A stretch of 64,000 nucleotides of DNA from Lama glama (taxonomy: Eukaryota), in contig CM052816.1 of assembly GCA_028534125.1 (NCBI GenBank), positions 39,806,001-39,870,000 on the forward strand. The letters are read 5' to 3'. A model generated the notes under the pieces. That model was not told where the DNA came from and did not search any database. It worked only from the letters and a program-made list of their open reading frames with translations. The stretch's first letter is position 1. Every line of letters starts with the position of its first letter. Made by a program: the position numbers and the translations under genes. Shown here piece after piece: positions 1 to 11,174 of this stretch.

Positions 1-493
1 ACTGAGGTTCCGATGAGTGATGTTTTTGACCCTGGAAACAAGAGTCCTAAATTCACCCTTAACCATCTTTAATAGACTTGGAAACATTTTTTGTCATTCT
101 TAAAATGGACATTACGAGTCGGAGATTGAATGTTATTATGTATGGCAGTGTAAACTTAGAAACATAAATAAAAGAGGAAATGTTTCCAAAAAAACCATAA
201 GCAAATGATTTATATACAATTTGTAAAATGTTTAGTCTCTCCTAGACCTCCTGAATTAATTTTTTTCGGTTTGATGAAATAATGTGCACTCTGATAAAGC
301 TATATTTATATTCCTCCCACAGATTAATAAAAATCCCTTAGTCACAGGTGACTGAACACACTATAAAACAGCAAGTACAACTACATATAAAATTTAGGAA
401 ATTGAATAACACAAATACCCAGCTCAGACTTTCAAAATGATTCCTTTCCTGATTTTTGACACAAAGTGTCTGTGGACAGAATGAAAGAGAAAG

Positions 494-720
494 CCGGAGG
501 GGAGAGGATGGGGGGAGGAGGTCCGGCTGCCCGGAACGGGACGCTCGAGTGCTTCATGGAGGAGGAAAGATTAAAACCCAGCTTCCTCGTGGGTGACAAG
601 AGGTGAAGACTGCCGCCTCACCCGCTGCTCCGTGTTGTCTGGGGGCTGATAACAGACAGAATAAAGCCAACGTGCAGCCTGTGCTCCAAGTCGCTCACAG
701 AGCCGAGTATGACTAAACGG
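494..720. promoter_or_regulatory. Small CpG-rich, GC-rich patch (possible enhancer or promoter-like element)
   Basis: About 14 CpGs in about 230 bp by hand count, in an otherwise CpG-poor background; includes a CCGGAA ETS core and GA-rich tracts. Confidence 0.35.
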
Positions 721-1149
721 CACAGGGAGCTCACAACAGAGCTGCACCATTTGGAGCTGGTTTTCTGTTGTTACTTTTCTTTCAATCTCAGCTATCAGCT
801 AAGCAAATCTTAGCCCATGTGAATCAACCCACTGAACATTCAGGAGTCAGGGTGGACAAGTTGACTTTCAGCAATATTTTGGCTATTCTCACCAAAGAGA
901 GGAAAATATCCCAAACCGTCTTCTAGAGGTCTCACGCTCATGAGCAGAATCACCAGCAGTCACAATTTCCAATATTAAGATTTGCCCCTCTGCAAATACA
1001 GCAAAACCTTCCATTTATACGCCCGTATGTAACCCTATCCTGAACACGACCTTCAAATGCTTATTGTATGGTTCTTTAAAATTATCAAATATACTTCCAA
1101 AGTGTTAATACACACACATACACACACAAACACACATGTAACACAAAAT

Positions 1150-1750
1150 TAAAACTATACTGAATGGAATCTTGTAAAAAGTAAGTTTCCTTTACATCCT
1201 ATCTCCTATTCCTCTCCTCCTCCATAACTACTAATTATTCCTCCAGAAATATTCTCTACATATGCAAATACCACCTTGTTACACAAGAGGCTCCAATACA
1301 CATTTTTTGTCTTCACTTAACATTATAACTTGAAACTAATTCCATTTCAGTATATGTAGAAGTAGCCTCATACATTTTAATGATGGCATAATATTTTATA
1401 TAATATTATATATGGATAAATCACGATTTTTTTCAACTGGTCCCATATGGATAGAGAGATGATAACTTAGATTGCTTCTACTCTCTTGCTTTCACTCCTA
1501 GTTATAAATGAATATCCTTTCACATATATAACTGCACCTATATATGAATATATCTGCCAAACAGATTTATTAGATTTAACCTCCAAAGAAGAAACGGTTA
1601 ATTTACACTCTTCCCAATGAGTGTATGAAAACAAGGCTACCCGTAACTGCTCACCTTTGCTTCTCAAATTGTATATTCCTTCATAATGGCAAAATTTCAT
1701 CTGTTTTAATTGTTTCACTGCTATACTTTTTCTGACTACCAATTCTGCCT
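1150..1750 (-). mobile_element. Ancient L1 (L1ME-like) 3' fragment
   Basis: Degenerate antisense L1 3' motifs (tttcacttaacat...ttccatttcagtatatgtaga...cattttaatgatggcataatatt...ttagattgcttc), preceded by a CA-rich tract at 1108-1136. Confidence 0.55.
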
Positions 1751-2579
1751 CAGAATCAGCTTTCTCCATCTTGATCAAATACACTGGTATCTTAACACTT
1801 TCCCCCTTGCTGCCCTTCATGGGAATAATCACTTATAGAAAGCCTAAATGTAGAACTCTGTAAGCACATCGCTATTTGTTTTCTACTGCTTGGTTTATTG
1901 CTAAATCATGAAGTGGAGATTAATTAAGCTCTTTGTGTTTAGTTTACTCTTTAATGTCATTTTTGTATTACAATCATCCTTTGAGTTTTAGGAAAAAATA
2001 ATTTAATAACTGAGGTTTGTCACTTCTATTTCACTATTTAAGTTGGTGAATGACCCCCTCTTTGAGGCAGCATATTGGCATTTGTTTCAATCACTTGTCC
2101 TTCCTGGAGGCTGTACTGACTTTATCTTTTCATTCTCTTAAGGGTGAAAAGGAATATGTTCTCTAGCCTGGAAAAATGACAACTTTTAATATGTTATACT
2201 TTTTGTATCAATTCACATAAACAAGCAGGTAAGCAAAGCGTAGAGGGTTTAGGTAGTTGTTGCTACTTACGATGCGAAATGGCAACTTGCTGATGAGGAA
2301 GTAGTCTCTCACATTCTCTCTTATAAAAGTTAAAATCTCTTATAAAAACTATAATCTTTATAAGTGTCAAAGCAACCAGGTGCTTGATTCACAAAACCCA
2401 CATACAAATTTTACTGACTGAATTATGTGAAAGAGAGGGAGAAAGATACTTTATAAGACTTGATATAATTGCACACAGACTTCAGTGATAGATGCTTTTA
2501 GCTCTGTCATCTTTAATCTCTCCTGGCATTTTTCTTCCCTTTTCCCACCATCCTCATAAGGGTAGAAAAGCTGAGCATT

Positions 2580-3173
2580 TTTTATCAGTCAGGCTTCGAA
2601 CAAAGTGCTAGAATCAGTAGCAGACTATCATCTGTCAATTATGATTTATTGCAATGAACTGGCTTATACAATCATTCAGGGGATCTGGATAAGCAAGCCT
2701 GAATTCCATGGGGCAGGCAGTCAGGAAGGGAAGATGAAGAGCTGGCTTGAACCCCAAAGCATGAACAGATAGATAGGAAGCAAAATCTTGGGGAAATGGA
2801 GAATGACTGAAAACCTAGGTGCTGGGCGGAGTCTCTGAACTCAGGGAAGGACTAAACCCTCTTTTAGAGAGTTTTCAACAGATTAAGTCAGACTAACACA
2901 AAATAACCTCCCTTTTGATGAATTTAGTCAACTGGTCGGAGGCTTTAATTTCATCTGCAAAATTCCTTCACAGAAGCATCTAGATTTATATTTACCTGAA
3001 TAACTGGAAGAAGCCGTGTGTATGTTACACAAAAGCTGCTGCCCCCCCCCTTATATTCTACAGCCTTTAACAGAGAACATCTCTTCTAGCTCATGCTAAC
3101 TGGAATTCTACAATGAGCATTCTGGGCACTGCAGTTCAGTCTAGTCAAGCTGGCACATCATAAAGCCATTACA
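2580..3173. mobile_element. MLT2-like ERVL LTR
   Basis: gatttattgcaatgaactggctta...gggcaggcagtcagg...tttaatttcatctgcaaaattccttcacagaagcatctaga...ctagtcaagctggcacat resembles the recalled MLT2 consensus. Confidence 0.65.
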
Positions 3174-3297
3174 AGCATACTTATTATCCATTCATTATAC
3201 TTCTGTTTTTTTTTATACTGCTGTTATGAAAAGCACATTTAAAAAAATTAAATATTCCACAGCCTCCAAAATGTACCTGTTTCCAGGAAATACCTCT

Positions 3298-3512
3298 AGA
3301 CCCACATTGTCAAATATGGTAGTGACTAGCTACATGCGTGGCTACATAAAGTTGAATTTAAATCAATCAGAATGTAAAATTCAGTTCCTTACTGACACTA
3401 ATCACATTTTAAATGCTAATAACCACATGTGGATGTTGACTACAGTGTTGAATAGTGCTGATACAGAACATTGACATTATTATGGAACATTTTACTGTAT
3501 GATGATGGCTAG
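3298..3512 (-). mobile_element. MER3-like hAT-Charlie MITE
   Basis: tgtcaaatatggtagtgactagctacatg...aaaattcagttcct...accacatgtgg...tacagaacatt matches the reverse complement of the recalled MER3 consensus. Confidence 0.7.
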
Positions 3513-3682
3513 ATAGTATCTTCTGAGACCTGAGAGAATATTTTCTTTGTCTCACTTGAAATTATACTTGTCCTTCTTTTTCAAGGGTCATAAAGCTTTT
3601 AGGTTAATCACCCACATACATTTAAAATGACATAAGATGGAAATTTATTTTATTTTAAAAACTGCCCAAATAACAGTAACAA

Positions 3683-3835
3683 TAACAAATGTACCACACA
3701 CTAGTCCAGGATGTTGATGGTCAGAAATGTTGCATGAGTTGGAGGTAGGTGGTAAGTGGGAACTGTCTGAACTGTCCACACCATTTCGCTATAAAACTAA
3801 AACTGCTTTAGAGAAGTCAACTGATTTTTTTTAAA
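3683..3835 (+). mobile_element. Old L1 (L1MC/MD-like) extreme 3' end fragment
   Basis: aacaaatgtaccacac...gatgttgat...tgggaactgtctg...aaaactaaaactgct is a typical L1M 3' terminus. Confidence 0.55.
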
Positions 3836-3877
3836 AAACGTAATATCTATTTCAAATAGTCTTTAAAAAATTGCTCA

Positions 3878-4314
3878 GGAAATTGACATTAGTATCGTGA
3901 TGGAATAAGAAATTCCTCATTCCCATCACCCACAATTCTAGCATCCACCCAGAAAGAACTCCTCTGTAGGAGCTGAGATATCTAGGATTGTAGGCCAAGG
4001 GACCTGGGAGAAGTTTGTCCACCCATGTATAGGATAATAGGCTTAAAGAACTGGGTTTTGGCTGTAGACTCTGTAGTGACCTGTGAACCAGTTTCAAGCC
4101 CTCTCAGCAATAGTCCAGAAGCCCCTTGAAAACCTTGTCTTAGACAATCACCCACAAATGAGAGAGACTTTGTGGAAGTACAGGTTTCCAGAGGAGAAGT
4201 TCCAGCACACCACTGAAACAAAAAATACAAGTTTGGATGTGCTGGAGAAAACCGTGTATTGATAGGTAAGTTGTTACCTATCAATAATTACTCTAAATGT
4301 AAATAGATTAAATT
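3878..4314 (+). mobile_element. Older L1: 5' region plus the start of ORF2
   Basis: L1M 5'-UTR-like sequence, then tacctatcaataattactctaaatgtaaatagattaaattct (YLSIITLNVN.LNS, start of the ORF2 endonuclease). Confidence 0.55.
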
Positions 4315-5677
4315 CTGAAGATAAAGAACGAACCTGGAGGAATAACCCTCCCAGGCTTCAGACAATACTACAGAGTTACAGTAATCAAAACAGCATGGTA
4401 TTGGCACAAAAACAGACATATGGATCAATGGAACAGAATAGAGAGGCCAGAAATAAAACCAGAGACCTATGGTCAATTAATCTTCGACAAAGGAGGCAAA
4501 AATATACAATGGAGAGGCCTAATTAAACTTATAAGCTTTTGCACAGCAAAGGAAACCATAAAGAAAACAAAATGACAACCTACAGAATGGGAGAAAATAT
4601 TTGCAAATGATGTGACTGAGAAAGGTTTAATTTCTAGAATATATAAACAGCTCATACAGCTTAATAACCAAAACCCAACAACCCAATCAAGAAATGGGCA
4701 GAAGACCTAAACAAGCAATTTCCCAATGCAGACGTACAAATAGCTAATAGGCACATGAAAAAAATGCTTAATATTGCTAAATATCAGAGAAATGCAATCA
4801 AAAGTATCACCTTATACCAGTCAGAATGGCCATCATTCAAAAGTCCACAAACAATAAATGCTGGAGAGGGTGTGCAGAAAAGGGAACCCTCCCACACTGT
4901 TAGTGGGAATGTAGTTTGATGCAGCCATTATGGAAAACAGTGGATATTCCTCAAATAACTAAAAATAGACTTACTATATGATCCAGCAATCCCACTCCTG
5001 GGCATATATCTGGAGGGAACACTAATTCAAAAAGATACATGTACCACAGTGTTCATAGCAGCACTATATACAATAGCCAAGAGATGGAAGCAACCTAAAT
5101 GTCCATTGGCAGATGACTGGATAAAGAAATTGTGGTATATTTATACAATGAAATACTAATCAGCCATAAAAAGGAATAAAATAATGCCATTTGCACTAAC
5201 ATAGATGGACCTGGGGATTGTCATTCTAAGTGAAGTAAGCCAGAAAGAGAAAGAAAAATACCATATGAGATCACTCATATGTGGAATCTAAAAAAAAAAA
5301 AAAAAAAGAAGAAGAAGAAGAAAGAGGACACTAATGAAATCACACACAAAATAGAAACAGGCTTGCAGACATAGTAAACAATCTTATGGTTACTCCGAGA
5401 AGGAGGTGGGGAGGGATAAACTTGGGAGTTTGAAATTTGCAAATGTTAACCACTATATATATAAATAGATTCAAAAAATTTCTTCTGTATAGCACAGGGA
5501 ACTATATTCAATACCTTGTAATAATCTTTAATGAAAAAGAACATGAAGACAAATATATGTATATGTATGCATCACTAGGACATTGTGCTGTGCACCAGAA
5601 ATTGATGCATTGTAATTGACTATACTTCAGTTTAAAAATAAATAAATAAATAGTAACTGCTATTTAAAAAAAAAAAG
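4315..5677 (+). mobile_element. Young lineage-specific L1, 5'-truncated with internal deletions, poly(A) tail present
   Basis: ORF2 C-terminal sequence (tggtattggcacaaaaacagacatatggatcaatggaacagaatagagag), 3' UTR ending gactatacttcag, A-rich tail at 5634-5676; possible AAGATAA target-site duplication. Confidence 0.9.
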
Positions 5678-6900
5678 ATAACCCATGTTTATAGATCAGA
5701 AGAATTAATTTTGCTAAAATGTCCATACTATTGAAAGACATCTATAGCTTCAAGAAATTCCCTAACAAAATTCTAATGGCATTTTTCACTAACAAAATAA
5801 ACAATTCTAAAATTTACGTGGACCACTAAGGAGTCCAAATAGCCAAAGCAATCCTGAGAAAGAAAAACAAAACTGGAGGCATCACACTTCTCAAATCAAA
5901 CCATATTACCAAGCTATGGTAATCAAAATAATATGGTACTGCCATAAAAGTAGACACAGAGACCAATGGAACAGAACCAAGAGGCCTAAACCCTCACATG
6001 TACAATCAACTTATATTTTATAAGAGAACCAAGAATACTCAATGGAGAAAGGACAGTTTCTTCATTAAATGGTGTTGGGGAAACCGAATACCCCATGTTT
6101 TAGCCCCATTCTTTAAAATGAAGCAGTCCCCTATCTCACATCACTAAAAAAATTAAGTTGCAATGATTAAAGACTTAAACATAATATCTTAAACCATAAA
6201 ACTCCTGGAAGAAAACATAGAGGAAAAGCTCCTTGACACTGGTCTTGGCAATGAGTTTTTGGATATAACACCAAAAGAACAAGCAACAAAAGCAAAAACT
6301 TCAATAAGTGGTACCGTATCATACTGAAAAGGATCTGCACAGCAAAAACAAAAACAAAAACAAAACAATAAAAAAAAAATGAAAGTTAACCCATAGAATG
6401 GGAGAAAATATTTGCGAACCACCTAGCTGTTAAGTGGTATATCCAAGGCGTATAAGTAACCCACATACCTCAATAGCAAGGAACAATCTGGTTAAAAAAA
6501 ATGTACAGAGGAACTGAATAGACATTTTTCCAAAGAAGAAGTAAATACGATCAAGAGGTACATGAAAGGTGCTTAACATCAATAATCATCATGTAAATGC
6601 CAATCAGAATCACACCACATAAGATATCACCTCAAATCTGATAGAATGGCTATCATTAAAAAGACAATTTGTTAGTGAGGATGCACAGAAAAGGGAACCC
6701 ATGCGCACTGTTGTTGGGAAAGTAATGATACAGCACCTGTGGAAAACTGTATGGCTGTTCCTCAAAAAATTAAAATACAACTAGCATATGATCTTCAATC
6801 CCAGTTCTGGTCATATACCCAAAGGATTCTGAAGGTATATCTCCACTTCCATGCTAATTGCTGCATGGAAACAACCTATGTGTCTACAGATCAATGGACG
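5678..6900 (+). mobile_element. Older L1 (L1MA-like) ORF2 3' part, host of the young L1
   Basis: Degenerate ORF2 (cccatgtttatagatcagaagaattaat...atagccaaagcaatcctgagaaagaaaaacaaaactggaggcatcacac...tggaaacaacctatgtgtc). Confidence 0.85.
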
Positions 6901-6935
6901 CGCGCGCACACACACACACACACAAATACACATAC
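6899..6935. repeat. (CG)4(CA)n microsatellite
   Basis: cgcgcgcgcacacacacacacacacaaatacacatac. Confidence 0.9.
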
Positions 6936-7840
6936 CCACTCCTTCAGTGGCTGCAGGACTCAGTCTGGGTGCTATACGCGCGTCTCTAGATTCACCGGCC
7001 AGCCTTCCACAACCTGCTAGAGCCGGCCACCCACCACCACCCTGGCTTCCAACAGCTGCGCATTATCTGGCCTTCCTGCCCTTTTCACGTACTCTTTGCC
7101 TCTGGCCACTCGCCCAGGAACCCCTTCACTGGCAGCCAGTCGAAGGCCCCAAACCGGAAGAGCTGGACGCAAACCGCGACCCAGACGCAAGTGACGCACA
7201 CCACGTGTCCAAGTTCGCCCCTAGAGCACGTAGCTGTACTGCGCAGGTGAGAAGCAGCAGCTGACCAGCCTCGTGGGCACGGCGCTTCCCTACGGCCTGT
7301 TGTCCGCCAGGAGCACACGCACAAGAAGCAGCGTGTCTCCGGGCTGGAGCCCAACTTGGAAGAGGTCTGCGCCATCCCAGGCTGCCCGCCCAAAAGCCCC
7401 TCACCTACCAAGCCAAGCAGCTGGTCGCCTGGGAGATCGAAGGGGAGAAGACACAGTGGGTGGAGGCCTTGGCCCAGGCTGGCTTCAGTCCCCAGGTGGA
7501 CGGGGGTCCAGGTCGACTGGGGGAGCTGGAGGGAAAGGGGCGCAGCCACCCTTTCTGAGCTGCCAACCCTTCAGCGCAGCTATAAGCAGCGGCTAGAGCG
7601 TATCTCAAAGAGAGTAGCCCGAAGGGCTGCCGGAGAGGGACCTCTTCTTTCGTGTGGTCATCAGGGGAGCGACAGCCTTAAGCGCACGGGACCGGCCAAG
7701 CGGCGCATGGTCACTGCGGCGGATGGGCGCATGGTCACGTTTTGCTAAACGCAGTGCTCCCCAACGCGGTGCTGTGAAGCCTGTACTTCAGGAACTGGCT
7801 GTAGCCTCGGGGTCCATGCCAGACGCCCTGGACCCACACT
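6935..7840 (+). pseudogene. CHTF18: Processed pseudogene (retrocopy) of CHTF18, the RFC-like clamp-loader subunit; C-terminal part only, multiple frameshifts and stops
   Basis: Reading across frameshifts gives SLGAIRASLD..HHPGFQ..YLAFLP..FHVLFASGHSPRNPFTGSQSKAPNRKS..LYCAGEKQQLTSLVGTALPYGL..RQEHTHKKQRVSGLEPNLEEVC..PLTYQAKQLVAWEIEGEK..SPQVDG..RSYKQRLERISKR..PERDLFFRVVIR..KRRMVTA..PNAVL*SLYFRNWL-stop (TAG 7802-7804). This is colinear with the recalled human CHTF18 C-terminus (FHVLFASSHTPR, LYSTREKQQLASLVGTMLAYSL, LEPNVEELC, PLTYQTKQLIAREIEVEK, SPQVDG, PEKDFFGRVVVR, NAVRRSLYIRDLL). No introns. Confidence 0.92.
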
Positions 7841-7853
7841 GGGTAAGGTAAGT
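7840..7853 (+). other. Tandem 5' splice donors TGG|GTAAGG (7843) and AAG|GTAAGT (7848)
   Basis: Sequence tgggtaaggtaagt at the downstream edge of the CpG island; the second site is a perfect consensus donor. Confidence 0.45.
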
Positions 7854-7859
7854 TAGCTT

Positions 7860-8245
7860 CTTTTTTTGGTTTTAAAAGTTTAATTTATTGTAGTAAAAAC
7901 GTTAACATGATACCTAACCACTTAATAGATTTTTAAGTGTACAATACAATATTGTTAACTATAGGCACAATATTGTATAGCAGATCTCTAGAACTTATGC
8001 ATCTTGCGTTACTGAAACTTTATGCTTATTAATTAACAACTCCTCATTTTCCTCACACCCCTGGAATTATGCAGTCTATTTGTCCTTTGATTCGCTTATA
8101 TCGCCAAGCATAATGTCCTCGAGGTTCTTACTGTTCTCCATAATGGCTGCACCAAACTACCTTCTCGAACCAGCAGTGTGGGAGGGTTCCCTTTTCTCCA
8201 CACCTTCTCTAGCGTTTATTTTTTGTAGACGTTTTGATGATGGAA
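7860..8245 (-). mobile_element. L1 3' end fragments (L1MA9/10-like plus a short younger L1 piece)
   Basis: tttttaagtgtacaatacaatattgttaactataggcacaatattgtatagcagatctctagaacttat, then ctgttctccataatggctgcaccaaactac...ttcccttttctccacacc. Confidence 0.8.
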
Positions 8246-8463
8246 ATAGAGAAAGATTCTAAATACATAATATAATTCCTAAATATAATGGAAGGCAAAC
8301 AATTTATTAAATACAAAAATTAGATGTTTCTGACTTTCAAAAAGTCAGTGCAGACAAAGCATGCCTATTTTATCATAGAATATGTACATAATTACTAATG
8401 AGGTAACTTTAGATTATTGATAAAAAAATGAAATGATAATGGAATAATCATAGTTCAGGCATA

Positions 8464-8905
8464 TGAAAATGGAGACAGGTTGGGAGGCCATTGAGGACCA
8501 GGTCTCAGATAAGTCCCTGTACCACTGAGAACTTGAACTTCCTGTGAACTATGCCTAAGTAACCCAAGGACACTAGCCATTTTTAAAACAACATCTGCCA
8601 GCTGCTACCTTGTGTCCCAGGGTTTTCTCCCCATTGTAACTATGCAACCATTTCGGATCCCACCCGTCCTTGCTTAACAAGCACCGTCATTTCTTGCCAG
8701 CTCCAATTACACTCCTTGATAAACAACTCATGTAACTCATTGTGGCCTTATAGTTTTTGCCTTTATAAGCTTCCTCCATTTTGTAGTTCAGTGGAACACA
8801 ATTCAAGTGTTCCTTGAACCTGTCTCTCAGGCTGCAGTCCTAACAAGCCCCAAATAAAAACACCTCTTTATTTCAGTCAGATCGCCATTTCTGAAATTTT
8901 GTTCA
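8464..8905 (+). mobile_element. Solo ERV LTR
   Basis: TG...CA termini, GCATA/GCACA flanks (5-bp TSD with one mismatch), TATAA at about 8764 and AATAAA at about 8853; homologous to the LTR at 23800-24416. Confidence 0.75.
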
Positions 8906-10574
8906 GCACAGCTTACGTAACATTCATTAAAGGCATTAATAGAATGACTTTGGTGAGATTACTCCAAAATTGAAAACCAGAGGACAGTGTGGCTATATTA
9001 CTGAGCTCTGAAAATTGATATTTTCTTGTTTTTATGCTTATATTGAATATGTGCTTTCATATGTATTCAATAAATTTCAAAATATATTTTGAAAAATATT
9101 TTCTTATAAATTGAAGAAACTTGCTTTGATTTTCTCCTCTCTTTCTCCTTGTTCTTCCTTCCTTCTCACTCACCTATGTCCCATCTTTTCTTCTCACGGG
9201 AAAAATACTGCTTTCTTTTAACCCAGGAGTTGTCATTCACTTGATATAGGGCCATTATGCATTACCAGAGGGTTAAAAGTTTTTAGTAAGTTGAATATGA
9301 ATGAATAAATTATATTAGCTCTGATATATTTTTCTGACCTCATCAAGACGTGCTACTAGCAGCTTAATGTTTGCACTAGAATGTACTTATGTGTGAGTCT
9401 TGAGTCACTGCCAAGGGACAGAGAGGTTAATAAATGGAACAGCTAATTAATAATCTTCTTAGATGCACAAGGAGTATTACATTGATAATGAAAGCTAGTT
9501 TGGGAATAGTCGTATGCCCTTGAAAAAGGGCATAATATGAAAAAGAATATGAACAATGCAAACTATTTGAAAATCTTTATCCATTTTTGGCAACAATTCT
9601 CAAAACTTGGTGTCTGGATGTGATGTTTTTATAACATTTTCTCGTAAAGGACTCGAAACTGTGGAGAAATGTATGTACTAATAACTACTCTTGTCTTGTA
9701 AGGTAGATACAGATTTTCTCATTGGTAAAACACTGCATGTTATATTTGAAAATTGTATGTGGAATATAAAGTTACTGTTTTGGAGAGGTATATCTAAAAA
9801 GCAATGACTGATCAGAAGTTTTGTGACAGAAAACATACAACCTAGATCTCCAGTTCCATAATTCACTGGTTATCTTGTAATACTTTTTACAGGACTTACT
9901 GAAATTTGAAAGACAGTTCCGTTTTTCTTTCTTAGAAGAACCCACCCTTGTTGGTGAGCTAACAATTCAGTGCTTAGCTGCTGTGATAGTGTGCAATCCC
10001 AGCCCTCTCTCCATGTTGGACCATACCTTTAGTGTGTCCCCCTTAGAACATGTTACTCCTAGGTCTCTTTGTGGACCAAGTTTCTTCAGCTGCAGATTGC
10101 TTTGCTGGCCCATGGTCATCTTTTCTGGGAACTGGACCTCATGAAACTTATTTCCTGTGCTGTTGGCTGTGCTATAAGTTCTTTAATTACTTACTTTTCG
10201 TTATTTACTCTTATTTTTCATTTTAAATAAGGCTTGTAGGTGATTCTTTCTACCTGTAAAAACTTTTTCTTCTAACCCTAGAAGTGTAATCCTAGTGGAT
10301 TTCTGTACTGATAAACAGACGCAGACAGTAAAAGTTAACAAAATTCAAAAAGAGATTCACAGGCATGAATGTATCTAATTGAAACCAAGCTAGAAATCAA
10401 GACTTGGAAAAGCTTTCCAACCTTTGTGATAACTTGAAAACCTTGAACAGTCACACTTAAAAGTCTCTCTAATATTAATTTATTAATTAAGCCAATAAAC
10501 TGGGGGGTATTTTGTTATGCCATTAAAGTTAAGCAATATAATCTCTTGGCTCCATCAACACATATTTTAGTCAC

Positions 10575-11050
10575 TACTGTTTAGGGAGAGGCTACCCAAC
10601 TCATTTGGTTACTTGCTGGAAGGCCTAACACACTTGCACATGAAGTTATAATCATGGCTGAGATTTCTTATAGCAAAAGATACATTGCAGGAAGAACAGG
10701 AAAAGGAGACACATAGGCGAAAGAAGTCACACACAGGCTTCCAAGTTTTCCCTCTTTCTTTGACAGCATTAGCATAGGATGCAATTTCCTCCTGTGAGAT
10801 ATCTCTACCCAAAAAAGCCCACCTGAGTCTTGGGCTCCAGAATCTTAAAGTACAAACTCCAATCCAGGAACCAATATATCATTCCACTTTATGTTTCATG
10901 TTTTCTTTAAATATGCTGACCGCCCTGTTTGTTTTGACTCATCACATTACATTACATAGTCACCAGGAGAACTTTACAAGTTCAGTGCTCAGTGTTTGAC
11001 CAAGGATTGTTGCCATTGCTACAGAGACAGCAAGAACTGAATAAGGTTGC
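10575..11050. mobile_element. MER21/MER68-like old LTR
   Basis: tcatggctgagatttcttatagcaaaagatac...caggcttccaag...ctctacccaaaaaagcccacctgagtcttggg resembles recalled MER21-group LTRs. Confidence 0.55.
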
Positions 11051-11174
11051 CCTGCTGTTTCTATTTCTCTCACTTGCCTAAAACTAGACTTCCATCCAAA
11101 AAGTTAAAAAGAAAAAAAAAAGTAGGTGATGTGGTAGAAGACTTTTATGTCACAGAAAGTTTTCAGTAAACAGA

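Larger units (their letters stand above)
6899..7840. promoter_or_regulatory. CpG island coinciding with the CHTF18 retrocopy; candidate promoter/first exon
   Basis: About 55 CpGs in 6961-7840 and GC above 60% (hand estimates); CCGGAAG 7154-7160, GTGACGCA 7191-7198, CACGTG 7202-7207, TGCGCA 7240-7245. Confidence 0.6.

Noticed and set aside
6739..7608. Other overlapping ORFs on both strands of the GC-rich island
   Set aside because: Expected from low stop-codon density in GC-rich DNA; no independent homology recognised
7356..7748. 130-aa ORF as a functional CHTF18 retrogene
   Set aside because: It starts at TTG, matches the CHTF18 frame only in three short blocks, and the conserved PLTYQ..EIE and C-terminal motifs are out of frame
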